Source: Anolis carolinensis
Taxonomy: Eukaryota
Reading direction: 5' to 3'
Length of the DNA stretch: 64,000 nucleotides
NCBI RefSeq assembly: GCF_035594765.1
Contig: NC_085844.1
Location: forward strand, 226,192,107 to 226,256,106
Positions within the stretch are counted from its first letter, which is position 1; each line of letters opens with the position of its first letter. This document shows positions 49,756 through 63,000 of this stretch, piece after piece. The position numbers were made by a program, and so were the translations under genes. The notes beneath the pieces are model-generated. The model made no database searches. It had not been told where the DNA came from and saw nothing but the letters and a program-made list of their open reading frames with translations.

Positions 49756-50743
49756 CAGGGGTCCTCAAACTTTTTAAGTGGAGGGCCGATTCATGGTCCC
49801 TCAGATTGTTGAGGGGCCGAATTATCATTTGGAAAAAAAAAATGAACAAATTCCTATGCTCACTGCACATGTCTTATTTGTAGTGCAAAAAAAAACCCCA
49901 GCAACAATTACTTATTTATTTATTTACTATATTTATATCCCACCCTCTCTCACCCGAAAGGGGACTCAGAGCAGCTTACAAGTTGTATGTACATACAATA
50001 TATTATATTATTAGCATAGCACAATATTAACATTATATATTACTATATTGTACTATACCATTATACCGTAATATTATTAGTAATATTACATTTAATATAT
50101 AATATATAATTAATATTATTATATTATACAATATTATTATATTGTATTATTATTAGCTGCCCTGAGTCCCCTATTGGGTGAGAAGGGCAGGGTAGAAATA
50201 CAGTAATAAATAAATATTATATTGTATTACATTATAATATTATTATGAATATTACATGTATACACAATATATTATTACCATATTATTCATTTACAATATT
50301 GGTAAATAAAAGAACAATACAATATTTAAAAATAAAAATAATTTTAACCAACATACTGTAAACTTATCAGGATTTCAGTGGGAAGTGAATATATACGTTT
50401 TTAAGGTTTTTATAATGTGTTTTAACAATGTTATTAATAGATCTGTTTATATTGTTTTGTTTTTATGATTGTATTTTGGGCATTAAATTTTGCCAATTTT
50501 TGTAAGCCGCCCTGAGTCCTCTTGGGTGAGAAGGGCGGAGTATAAATGTTGTAAATAAATAAATAAATAAATAAGTGTGGGCCTGCTTCTGGCCAATGAG
50601 ATAATCAAGTAGGATTGTTGTTGTTGTCCCTTCAGGTCATTTCAGACTTTGGGCGAGCCTAGGTCTAAAACTGAGGGCGGGGGCCAGGTAAATGGCCTTG
50701 GAGGGCCGCATCCGGCCCCCGGGCCTTAGTTTGGGGACCCCTG
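49756..50743. mobile_element. Non-autonomous hAT (OC1/Charlie-like termini) carrying L2 tails and AT-rich filler
   Basis: TIR CAGGGGTCC(T/C)CAAACT; perfect 8-bp TSD ATCTAACC at 49748-49755 and 50744-50751. Confidence 0.88.
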
Positions 50744-52449
50744 ATCTAACCCTTTAGCGTTATGGAGAAACAAACCAAAACGAAGTCTATAGTGGCTTGG
50801 TCGTTACCCAGGATAAAAAGGACTGTAGTGGATGCTGCTGATTCTGGACATCCATCGACAAGTGGGCTACAGAATAACAGACAAAGAATTATTATTATTA
50901 TATTAATAATACGTATTTCAGAGCAGCTGGGGTTGGTTAAATATAATTATATATTATATATTAAATGTAATATTACTAATAATATTACCATAAAATTATA
51001 TAGTACAATATAGTAATTTAATTGCTTATATTGTGCTATGCTAATAATATATTGTATGTACATTTGATTTGCTTCCAGGACTTGGACAGATCACTATCAT
51101 CATGGGATGCCCATTTCTGGACTTCTGACTTTAGATTGTGAGTTATGACAATGGCAAACAAAGCAGGGCTACCACAAAACATGAGGTAAGAGATCTAGAA
51201 CATTCTGAATTATGCATTCTGCTTATCAATTCACCTACATCTGCACCACTAAAATAGGCAACTTGCTTCAAAATCATCATCTCCCAACCTATGCCTACAG
51301 CATAACTGTATTTGTGACTGAGAGACATATTACTGGTTATAGGGGAGAGATCTATTTTTTTCTAAACATGTGCTGCCCCTCTGTGGACATCAGCAGCCAA
51401 GCACACACAATTGTCCAACTCTGATCCTTCCGTTTCTAGTCTGATTCTTATAATTTTCTGAAATGGAGCAGTGTGGATGAACTACTGATTTAAGCAGGGA
51501 TATTTCTATCTATTATTATTTCCCCCTAGCATTTGTCATTTATGCAGATCGCTAAATGAAATATTTGGAAGAACCTATCTAGAAGCATTTTAAGTGCCAT
51601 GATCAATGCTAGCATTATCGTATTATGTATACTCATATAAAAAGGGACCTTGTGTGTAAGTTGAGGGCAGGTTCTGGGGCTGAAATCATGGATTTTTTTT
51701 ATGACTAAATACATGTCAAGGGTCATTCTACAAAGAGGGGAGAGAACCGATGCTACCTCAGGAAGCAGGCAACTATCAGAAGCACCTGGAACCAGTGCCT
51801 GGCTAGTACCTTCAGGACTTATGCAAATTAGGGGACTTCAGAAGGTACTTCTTGCATTACATTGCAGCACTGGCAGGTACCTCCTCTCCACATTTTGACT
51901 TCTATGACATCAAGTAATTGCAGTTTCTCAAGTCGCTCCTGACATGAAAAAAAAAGTAATTATAAGTGTGGTTTTCTCACAAGATCTAAGATCACAAGAT
52001 ATTCTGCTTAGAGAGTAATTATTATGTTTATTTACCTTGTGTATCCTGCTTTTTCTCTCCATATGGAGACTCAAGTGGTTCACAACTAAAAGCACTGAAA
52101 TACAACTTAAAATATACAACTATACTTGCACCAAGTTCGGAAATTCCAACTGGTTAAAAATACAGCAGCCAAATTGGTTATATAGGGTGCTGGTTGAGAA
52201 AACTGCATTGGATAAACCACATCAGATCTAGATTATTAAACATGGTTTTCTGTGGGTGAGCAGATGGCGACTACTGGATGGCATATGTTCTGTATCAGAA
52301 ACTAGAGCTGATGTGATCTATCCAGTGCAATTTTCTGAATCAGCACCCTAAATAACCGAATCTAAAGTTGACCAAAAACTGATTTGTAACCCTTTTGGTA
52401 TTAATGTTGGAGAGTGGTCCCTGGTCAAAAAAAGGTTGGGAACCAATGG

Positions 52450-53000
52450 GTTACAGGAACATCTAGGAGTGAGTATCTTACACCTATCCTAAAGTCACTC
52501 AGCTGGCTGCCAATTAGTTTCTGGGCAATATACAAGGTGTTGGTTTTGACCTTTAAAGTCCTACATGGTTTGGGTTCAGGTTACCTAAAGGATCACCTTT
52601 TCCCATACAATCTGCCCCACACACTTTGGTCTTCTGCGGGAGTCTGCTCCAACCAGCGAGAATCCAACTGGCAACCACCACCTGGAGGACCATTTCATCG
52701 GCCGCCCCAAGGCTCTAACTTGCCGGTGGAGCTCCGACAGCTAAATAAACTGTCAGAATTTAAGACACAAGTGAAGACTCATCCCAGGCAGTCTTTAAAC
52801 ATAAACATGAATTTTAATGCATGTCCTTTGTTTAATCTCTGCTTTGTCTGTTTTAATATGTGTTTTGTAGAGATATATTTTGGAATGTAGCCTTTATGGA
52901 GGTACGTGTTGATATGTGTATTTGTGGTGTTTTTGCTGTGTTTATGTGTTTTGATTGTTTTGTGACTCGCCTCGACCCATGAGAAGAAGCGGATAAAAAA
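52450..53000 (+). mobile_element. L2 LINE 3' fragment
   Basis: LTPILKSLSWLPI...YKVLVLTFKVLHGLGSGYL motif in ORF 52414-52890; L2-type tail. Confidence 0.82.
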
Positions 53001-53879
53001 TGAAATTATCATAAAAAGGTTGAACACAATTTAAAAAACCCTCCTTCTCTGCCAGAATTCTAACAACAAGTTCAGAGGGTCAACTTATTCAAATAAAGGG
53101 TGGGTCTATTCTACATAGTGCATTTAATTCAGTTTGACATCACTTCAATTGCCATGGCTTAATGCTATGGAATTATGGGAGTCACAGTTTGGTGAGACAC
53201 CAGCGTTCTTTGACAGAGAAGCCTCAAGGCCTTGTAAAACTGCAACTCCCACAATTCCACAGCCTTGTGCCATGGCAGTTAAATTGGTGCCAATTATTCT
53301 GCATTAATTCTACTATGTAAATGCCTTTTAACTCTCTTAACTCAGGCATGGGCAAACTTGGGCCCTCCAGGTGTTTTGGACTTCAATTCCCACAATTCCT
53401 AACAGCGGTAGGGAGTTGAAGTCTAAAACACCTGGAAGGGCCAAGTTTGCCCATGCCTGCTCTAACTGGTGAGATGGCCTTATGTGCACAAAAAACCTTT
53501 CAAATTACACAATTATAGTGTGATGATCCCGCTTTAATCACAGGATCGTTAAATTTAGAATCCTCAGCAAACTACAAGTCCTAGGATTCTGTAGGCAGTT
53601 GCCATGGCAGCTAAAGTGTATATAAATTAAATAAATAATAAAGTGGGGGTAAGAACGCTATAACTGTGGAGTGTGAAAAGGCCCCACAATGTTAGGTCTG
53701 TAAGGCATTTACCATATCTAGACATCATCTCTAACTTGCCCAACGACTGTCTTCCCCCTTCAATGTTGGTGGCTCACCAAATTACAACTCCCAGGATCCC
53801 ATAGTATTTAGGTATAGCATTTAAAGTGCTTCTCGATCTGTGGCATGTTCTGAGACAAAAAAACAAGCTCTCATATTGG

Positions 53880-54450
53880 AGTGAACGTCCAGGTCCGTGA
53901 GAACGGCAAAAGGCAGGCAGCTCAGGTTCACGCCAGGACAGAGCATGGCAACGCAAACGCTCTGCGCAGGCGCAATAAGGAGGGCCTCGCGAGCGACGGT
54001 TACTGTCTCAGCAACCGCCGCAGCGCGAGCCCCACGCTCCTCCTCAACCCCCCTCTCCTTTCCAGCCGAGTTGCGCCTGCGCACTAGAGGCCGCCTGGGA
54101 AGCTTGTGGGCGGGGCCAAGTGACGCAGCCTGGTGATGCAAGTACGGCGGCTGTGGAGTTCGGCCGGCTTGTGACTCTCGCCGAAGTCTCCTCAGGGATG
54201 GAGTACGTAGACCAATCGGCCCGCTTCTTAACGCCCTATGTGGGGAGCGGCGGCCGGCTGCGGAGGCTGATGCCCTGGGCGCTGCTGGGCCTTATGCTGA
54301 GCGGATCCTTCGTGAAGGAATGGACTCCGCTACCCGAATCCTACATGAGCAACAAGCGCAACCTGCTCAACATGTGAGGGACCTGGGGCGGGGCCTCGGT
54401 CTAGCGGGGGCACTTGATTGACAGGCTTGGAGAGCGGGTAGTTCCAGGGT
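53880..54450. promoter_or_regulatory. CpG-island promoter of FITM2 with two NRF1 sites, a GC box and a CRE half-site
   Basis: Only CpG-dense host segment in the window; TGCGCAGGCGCA at 53963-53974, TGCGCCTGCGCA at 54072-54083, GGGCGGGG at about 54108, TGACG at 54121. Confidence 0.8.
54198..54373 (+). CDS. FITM2: FITM2 exon 1 coding part
   Basis: GGGATGG Kozak context; 176 nt; donor GTGAGG at 54374. Confidence 0.94.
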
Positions 54451-57400
54451 TGGAGAACCACTCAATCTGGGCGGGATGGTAGGGGGAGAGGTCATCTTTT
54501 GGTGGGAGAGCGAGGATAATGTTCAGGGATTTTCTATTCCTTTTTTGAAGGGGGTGGGGATACCATTGATGTCAATGAAGTTCTTGCTCTCCTACTTTAA
54601 GAAGGATCAGGCGGACTCCCCTAAGGGTGATAAAGCATGATAAAGCAGACATGGGCAAGAAAAAGTGGCTGAAAGAAATTAAAATGTAAGAGAAAACTAT
54701 TCACGAAACCAATATAGTATTATTTTTTATTTTTTTATTCATTTATTTACTATGTTTATATCCCACTCTTCTCACCCCAGAGCAGCTTACAAGTTATATG
54801 TACATACAATATTTTATATTATTAGCATAGCACAATATTAGTATTATATATTACTATATTGTACTATACCACTATACTGCAATATTATTAGTAATATTAC
54901 ATGTAATATATATTATTATATTGTATTACATTATGTTATCAATATTATATGTATATACAATATATTTTATTATTAGCATAGCACAATATTAGTATTATAT
55001 ATAACTATATTGTACTATACCACTATACTGCAATACTATTGGTAATAGTACATGCAATATATAATATATAATTATAATATAAGAATTAGTATATAAGAAT
55101 AGGGCCATAGATCCTATCATCATGAAAGGAAGGTTTTTCCTTTCCTCTTTATCTCTCAAACCACCTGAATTCATCCCTGAGAAAAAGGCCTATTTGAAAA
55201 GGGAGGGAGAATAATTAAAAGTTATCAACCCTTGTCTGTGATTGAGCATGGAAAATATTGCTTACATGCACCTAAGTTCACTTTGGCTGCACCCAGACTG
55301 AGTAAAAGGAGTAGAAAGTCCTTTTCCTTCCAGTTCTTTACAATTTTATTTTGGAGATTCAGGGCCTCATCACACTAGAGCTTGGATTCATTTTCAGTCC
55401 ACTTTAAATCCACTTTAGGGAGGGGGCTTTAAACAGCTCAGCCAGCCAGTCCTGGACCTCACCAAACTACAAACCCCAGAATTCTGCAGGAGGCAGAAAC
55501 AAGATTTAAAGTGGATTCATGCTCTAGTGTGATGAGGCTATCATACATGTTTTCCTTAGGCCAGAATAGCTGACCAAAGGCTCCTGGTATGATCACAGGC
55601 TTTTGTATCAGCTCTCCAGGTCAGTTTATTTTTATCCCAGTATCATGCTGAAAAAGAACAGAAACAAAATATGAAGATTTTCTGCCTACCTGGATTCACC
55701 CCTACTTTAGAAATCAAATCCAAGCCAGTGTTTAGGGCATTGGTGAGAGGAGCATATTGAGCTTGAATCGCCTGATATTAGATAATGAGAATATTTCTTT
55801 AACTGAAAATACAAGTAAATGAGGTTTTTTAAAAACCATATTTTACTGGGCTAACTGCTATAGGGCAGTACTTATAGAAACAATGTTTCTCAGCTCTCTG
55901 ATTCTCTGTTAGGAATTGTGGGAGTTGGAGTCCAAAACACCTGGAGGGCCCAAGTTTGCCCATACCTTCTCTATACTGTAGAATTAATTCAGTTTGCCAG
56001 CACTTGCCAACTGCTATGGCTCAATGGTATGGAGTCCTGAGATGTGTAGTTTGGTGAGGCACCACCGCTCTTCAGCAGGAAAGGCTAAGGGTCTTGTAAG
56101 ACTACAACTCCCAGCATTCCCTAGCTTTTCAAGTGGTGTCAAATGGCATCAATTCTACAGTGTTAATGCAAGCATATCCTAAAGGTCATTTTATACCCAG
56201 ATTTTAAAAATTGTTTTATACATTTTTACACAAAAGTTTGTGTGCATCAAACCACCACAAAAGAAAAGTATCACTATGTCAGCCACCTGTATGGGCAATT
56301 TTTGAGCATTTTCAGCCTTTGGGATTCTTGATAAGGGATGCTCAAACCATGATGATGATGATAATAATAATACAGGTTGAGTATTTTTTTTAGGACCTGA
56401 ACTGCTTTAGATTTTAGATTATTTTAGATTCTGGAGTACATCTATTTGTAGAAATGTACATAATGAGATATCATGGAGATGGGACCCAAGTCTAAACTTG
56501 AAATTTGTGTATACACACACCGGCTAAAGGAAATTTTATGCACAGAAGTTTGAAGTATTTTGTGCATGAAAAAAGGTTTCAGCACAATGAACCATCAGAA
56601 AAGAAAGGTTTCAGCTCTCCATGTGGACAATTGTGGATTTTATGGTTCTGGATAAGGTTGAGTATCTCTTATCCCAAATGCTTGGGTCCAGAAGTGTTTC
56701 GGGTTTTGTAATATTTGCATATGTATGTATAATGATATAAATTGGATATGGGATCCAAGTCTAAACATGAAATTCAACCATTAGAAAGCAAAAAGTGTCA
56801 TTAATCTCAGCCACTCATGTGGACAGTTTTGGAGCATTTGGGATTTCCAGATGAGGAATACTCAACCTGTACAGTAAAGTGACAGTTCTTAAATATATCA
56901 GGAATTCCAAAGCAGCATGAAGACACCAGTTGTCATATACATAACACAAATAGTAGCCCTAATAACTTATTTCAATAATGGATTTTCTCTGGAGTTCATG
57001 CCTTTATGAAACTGGGTCCATACTGCTTAGTTTTATCTACAATGAGTAGCAGTGACTCTGGAGAATTTCAGGCAGGGCTCTTTCCCAAGCTGAAAACTGC
57101 AATACAGTCAAGCTGTGTTCTTTTATATATAAATTGTATGCTTTACATTAAGGTATAGCTTCATCTCTAATTCAGGTTGGGGCCACATATTCTACTCCTA
57201 ACCTAGATGGAAGTTCAGGCCCATTTGATCCTAATTATCTTTTGGCTTGGCTAAAACTAAGTACAGTAGAGTCTCACTTATCCAAGCCTCGCTTATCCAA
57301 GCTTCTGGATTATCCAAGCCATTTTTGTAGTCAATGTTTTCAATATATCGTGATATTTTGGTGCTAAATTCGTAAATACAATAATTATAACATAACATTA

Positions 57401-58931
57401 CTGCATATTGAACTACTTTTTCTGTCAAATTTGTTGTATAACATGATGTTTTGGTGCTTAATTTATAAAATATAACCTAATTTGATGTTTAATAGACTTT
57501 TCCTTAATCCCTCCTTATCCAAGATGTTCGCTTATCCAAGCTTCTGCCAGCCCATTTAGCTTGGATAAGTGAGACACTACTGTATATTTGTCAGTACAGG
57601 CAGTCCCCAATCTATGAACAAGATAGGTTCTGTTGATTTGTTCTCAAGTTGAACTTGTATGTAAGTCGGAACAGGCACATTTTAAAGTGTAATTCTAGCA
57701 TGTGTGTGTTTCAGATAGCATAGGGAAGAGTTAACACCCTTGTGTTTTTTTGCTGCCTGTGGCCCTGTTCAGGAGATTTTAAGTAAATCAGATCTAATTT
57801 GCCAAATAGTCACTGTTGAATGTTTTTATGTTGAATGTTTTTGTATTGTGGAATGATATTTTAAATTGTAAGTCGCTCGGAGCACTCTGGTAGAGAGCGA
57901 CTAATTAAGAAAAAAAGTGAAGTGAAGGATAGATGAGAAAACTTCAGTGGAGACATGTTTCGCCATGATCGCTCCTTCAGGAGTGGATTTTCCTTCTGAG
58001 GAGTTGATTTCACTCACTTTCTGTTGTCTCACCCCCCCTTCTTAACTATAAGTTGTTTGTAAGTTGGATGTTTGTAACTCAGGGACTATCTGTACTTGAT
58101 TGCTTTTGAAATCTGAAATAAAATCAGATTATTAGATTTTATTAGAGGAGCATCAAAAAGAGTGGTAGGTATTTACATAAGTTTTTCCATCAACACTCCA
58201 TTTTAGAAATTCAGGGATAATCAAATAGGATTAACAGTCTGGATGGTATTATTTAGTAATATCAGTGGCTAGAATTCTAAATCCTGACGGTTTCTGTTCA
58301 TTTTCTTGTTGGCAGCTATTTTGTCAAGTTCGCTTGGGCCTGGACACTCTTTCTGCTCTTGCCTTTTATCAGCATTACCAACTACATTGTCACCCAAAAT
58401 GCTCTGTCCGTGGCTCAGCGTCTCAGTACTCTCCTGGTTGGCACTGCCATCTGGTATGTGTGCACAGGGCTGTTCCTTCACATTGAAGATGTCACAGGCG
58501 TCTGTTACAGTTCACCAGCACTCGACCTTCTGCACCAGGAGCATTCTAGCAAACTTCTGTGCCGTCAAGCTGGTGGCTTCTGGCATGGCTTCGACATCTC
58601 GGGACACTGCTTTCTCCTCTCCTATTGTACTCTGATGATCATGGAGGAGATAGCTGTGATGCAGAGCATGAAAACCTCCAAGGGGTTCAGACTGCGCAAC
58701 GTGATCAATGGCTTATTCCTGGCCTTAAGTTGTTTGACCCTGATCTGGATTTGGATGTTTTTAACTACTGCCATATATTTCCATGACTTTTCTCAAAAGT
58801 TATTTGGCACCTTTGTGGGCATGTCTGCTTGGTATGGAACATATAGATTCTGGTACCTGAAACGTTTGTCTCCTGGACTTCCACCCCAAAGAACTGCTTT
58901 GAGTTCCCAAAAGTATAACCGTAGCTTATAG
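54198..58931 (+). CDS. FITM2: FITM2 (fat storage-inducing transmembrane protein 2 / acyl-CoA diphosphatase); join(54198-54373,58316-58931) = 792 nt, 263 aa
   Basis: Exon 1 (MEYVDQ...PLPESYMSNKRNLLN) splices AT|GTGAG...CAG|C into IYFVKFAWAWT. The protein contains DISGH, the FIT signature FLLSYCTLMIMEE and YFH. Two-exon structure, divergent from R3HDML as in mammals. Confidence 0.96.
57264..57582. mobile_element. Tc1/mariner MITE in the FITM2 intron
   Basis: TIR CAGTAG(A/T)GTCTCACTTATCCAAGC and TA TSD. Confidence 0.88.
57597..58092. mobile_element. Tigger-like MITE in the FITM2 intron with a nested L2-like tail
   Basis: TA-flanked CAGGCAGTCCCC-type TIRs; inverted sister of 13318-13838. Confidence 0.75.
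58316..58931 (+). CDS. FITM2: FITM2 exon 2 coding part
   Basis: Acceptor ttttcttgttggcag; in frame with ORF 58359-58931; TAG stop. Confidence 0.96.
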
Positions 58932-61900
58932 AAACAATTTGTGGCTGAGATTTCCATTTCAAGAGTATCCATTATTTAATAAATGAATGTTAAAGGCTGT
59001 TATTAACAAATATATTTAAAGAATGGAGTAAAAGACCAAATATTTTTTGTGCTTTAACAAAAAGCTGATTTCTAGGTAACTGATGGGAAAGTTGGTAGCC
59101 ACCCTGTCCCTTTGGGGAGAGAGGGCGGGTTAAAAATAAACATTTATTATTATTATTATTATTATTATAAAATCCTGTTGTTGGAACACTACTAGTTACA
59201 AGATGAATAGTTAACTTTTTGGCTAGCTTGTTGAAAACACTAATTATCATATAGGTAGTGGAATCTAAATTGCACTAACATGGGGTGGGGAACTATTTTA
59301 TACACTGACTGTAGACTAGCTTATGAAATAAACTAGTTTCATTCAGTAAGAAATAATAAAAACTCAAAGGTTTTGCTGCAGAAATAGTACCAGGGGAGGA
59401 GGGAGCCAAATTTTCTGGTGAAGGAAGCTTCTCAGCTGAAGACCTATCTATACTGGCAAGTATTTTGTATCTGCTTATCTTTGTTCAGTAGGATTTGAGT
59501 CAAGGTAAAGCTTTTTGGAAATTCTTTTGTTAGGCACCAATGTGTCTATCTAAGGAATGGCTGCCAGATGAGTCAATAGTAATTTTTGTCATTTGTGTAT
59601 TAACAGAATATACATTTAGACATAAAACAGCTCTTCAAATGTGGGGGCTTTTTGTATATCAGAAATTTTCAGTCTTTTGCTATTCGGCTATTTTATCACA
59701 CCGCCACAAGTTGCCTTTCCAAATCATTTTCTTTCAACAAAGTGGCTTGCATCACTCTTGCTAGAATGTATTTCTTCATCTTATTCAAATGTCTCAAGTG
59801 TGTTGACATGTTTGCAGGAGTATAATGCATCTCACTGTTGCAACATTAGCAATCCTTGGATTCTTGTAAAATCCTGGCATTGCTTGCAAAGTCATGGCAT
59901 TTACTTTCTTTATAAATTATCATAATTAATTGCATTCAGTTTTGCAGCAGTAGTGCTCTTTGAATAACCTGATATAAAATGCTTTATTTGTATTGATCTT
60001 TATTGCCATCCTTTAGCATGGAAAAGTCCATAAATAATCTTTCTTTATGTTCCCTTCCCCATAACAAATGACAGTAACTTAAATTTGCATGCACACTCCT
60101 GCTTTCACTACCTTCCCTATTTTTTGTACTTTATCTGTGTGAGACCTCTGCATGGAATAAGAAATGCAATCATATTTGATTCTTTTTAAGACTCTAGCTT
60201 TAACAAATGGTGCTGTTCTGTATATTTTGTCCAGAAGCCTATGGTACGTATTTCTGAGCTTCTAGTATGTGTAGAATCGAAAGGCACAAAGTTTGCAACT
60301 ACTATTCTAATTTTAAAAATAGTACTATAAAAGTCATGGACTCTGCTCCACAGTTTTCAATAAGTTTGTCTAAAAACTGACATCTTCAGTTCTAAAAGGG
60401 ATAAGGATATTTCAGTAACTTTCTCAAGTATTAAATTGGTATATTGTGTGTGACTTGTGGCAAGGTAACTAGTCTAAATTCAATTGTTAGTTTCAATTAA
60501 ATCAGTTGAACATACATAAATATTGTTCTAACAAATTCCCATTGATTCAGGGAGGCAAAATTCAGAATTAACCATTGAATTTATCTCTCAGCAGCTCATA
60601 CATTGACAGATATGCGACTTTACATTTTGCCATAGTCCTAAACATAATTATATGGATGTTTCTTCCGAAGTGATCCAGTGGATGTATGACATATACACCT
60701 GCTAAATAGGATTTTTAAGGCCATATTTGTCTCATCTGTTCTGCTTGTCAAATCATCTAACTTGCTTTTTAAATAAAGAGTGTAAACATTACAGGTACGT
60801 TACACATTTTGATAGAACACAGCCACAATGTTTAGTATTCTCTGTGATTAAGATGGTTGTGCAAATATGGCTTTGTGCTATGAACAGGGCTCGTTTACAT
60901 AGCCCAATATTTCTACATGAAAGCCATTCTCATCCATGTCCGTGTCCATAATCTGGGAACAAAGAACACCAGGCATTTCATTGGCCCAAATGCCAGCTGT
61001 TATGGCAGTAAGATAATGTGATAGGCAGTGGGAATCATTGCAAGGGCCAAATGAAATTATGGGTTTCTAAAAGTGACCATCCCAGATTGATTATGCATCT
61101 GGGGAGATGAAAGTAGATTCTGCTTGCTTTATATGTTTGTAAAATGTCTTGTAGAATCATCAAATAAAAGGGTTTTTTAAATCTGAAATTTTTAGAAATT
61201 AGACCTGAACAAGGTATTTTGACAGTTTTTATTACTGTGGCTGTACTGTCTACAGCCAGTTTGACCAGATGACACATAGTGGCCATAGCCCTTTATGTGC
61301 CAAGCTCTTTCTTGCCTTTTCCTTGTGTGAATTAGGGAGGATCACCCCAAGCAGCTTGTAGGTAGAGAAAATATGCTGAGTGAGGATATTAAGTGCTGAT
61401 CCTAAGTACTGAATGTATTTCCGTTTGCTGACATCTAATGGTATTATAAGCAGTAAGCCAATATATGCTTGCTTTAATATTCATTTTTAATATCCATTTT
61501 GTGTTGTATTTTTAAAAGGTTGCATAAACATCCCTTCATTTATTAAGCACATTCATTTTTATGAATGCTTAATTGTTTTGATTGTGTATTAAATATTATG
61601 AAACTAGTTGTGGAGTTTAGCTATATCTGATGCATCAACATAGGTTATCAGCTAAATTCTTCCATGATGTTTTATCTTTCAGGCAATACAGGTATCTGAT
61701 ACAATACTGCTTCATGTCTGTTATTTTGTCGCATTCTCCATGATTGAACAAATCAACTTTAATTAATAGCTGCAACAGTGAATGCAACCATCCAGCAATC
61801 GTCCTTATGTATTACAATCTATACGTCATGTCTTATGGTAATATTCTTATCAGAATATTTTGGAGGGGAATCTCATTTATTTTATTAGTATTTCCTTCCA

Positions 61901-62955
61901 AGTAAAGTATTAGAGGTATATAGATTACACTTTATATGCATTTTATTCCTGCCAAAACGGCTTCTCGTTTCACAGTGTTAACATTTATTGTTTTTAATGG
62001 AGAGCAAATTAGCTGTCCTGCTGAAACTGGCCGTCTGCATGAAGATTTGGAAATAGAAATTAACTCCTTCTGCACACATAGGGTTTTGAAGAAAAATAAA
62101 GAAACTTGTATTCATACATTGTTTTACTTTAGAGTGTCAGTCTTCAAACTGCTTTTCCAAAATAGGAACTGAATCCTATTATTGAAGTTACATGTGGGTG
62201 GCTTGCCTTTGAAAACTAATTAAAAGCTTCTGTTATTTGACCCTGGTGCATGAAAACTGATTAGAGTTTGCTATTCACTTCTCCGGCTGCTTTCTGTTAT
62301 TGAACAATTTGCACTGAGTTCTAGAGCATAAACAAAATGTAAGGTATTTTGTATTACTACTTTTTAGTACTATGGGGTTTTGCTTGACTTAAAATAGCTA
62401 ATCTATATATGAGAAGTATTTTTTAAAATGTTTTACAGGTAACAAATGAAACTGAGTTCCAATAGTGGGACAGAAATCCTGCACTTTTGCATGAATAGAA
62501 ATTGCAGCTGAACCTAAAGTAATTGCAGTTACTTAGAAATAAGCCTGTTGACTTCACTAGGGTTCACCTGCAAGTGTTTATTCACTATCTTAATAACTGG
62601 TAATCTCATAGTAGGAATCCTGCAACATACAGCTGCAGGAAACCTAGCATGGGTAAAGTATGTATATGTGGGAAGGGTACATGCTTCAGTACTGTTTTCT
62701 CAATAAGTGTCTTGGTTTTGGCATAAGCACCTTTTTATTGAACAAACAAATACCTTGTGTTGTATGGGGAGGCTTACCCTCAATACACTGTTGGGAGTTA
62801 TATTTTTATTTTAATCCTGTGCCTTTAATTTGTTTGACATGGCCATATAAAATCCAGATCATCTGCTCTGAACTGGATTATATGGTAGTGTAGATTCATA
62901 TAATCCAGTTCAAACCAGGGAATGTGGATTATTTTAGTTTTCCCATATACCTCAC

Positions 62956-63000
62956 AACCTCTGAGGATGCCTGCCATAGATGTGGGCGAAACGTCAGGAG
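62956..63000 (+). ncRNA. Minimal type I hammerhead ribozyme motif in a Penelope pLTR copy
   Basis: Same motif as 5313-5357, with an intact core. Confidence 0.75.

Noticed and set aside
53821-54141. Overlapping ORFs on both strands upstream of FITM2
   Set aside because: Expected by chance in a stop-poor CpG island; no homology cues.
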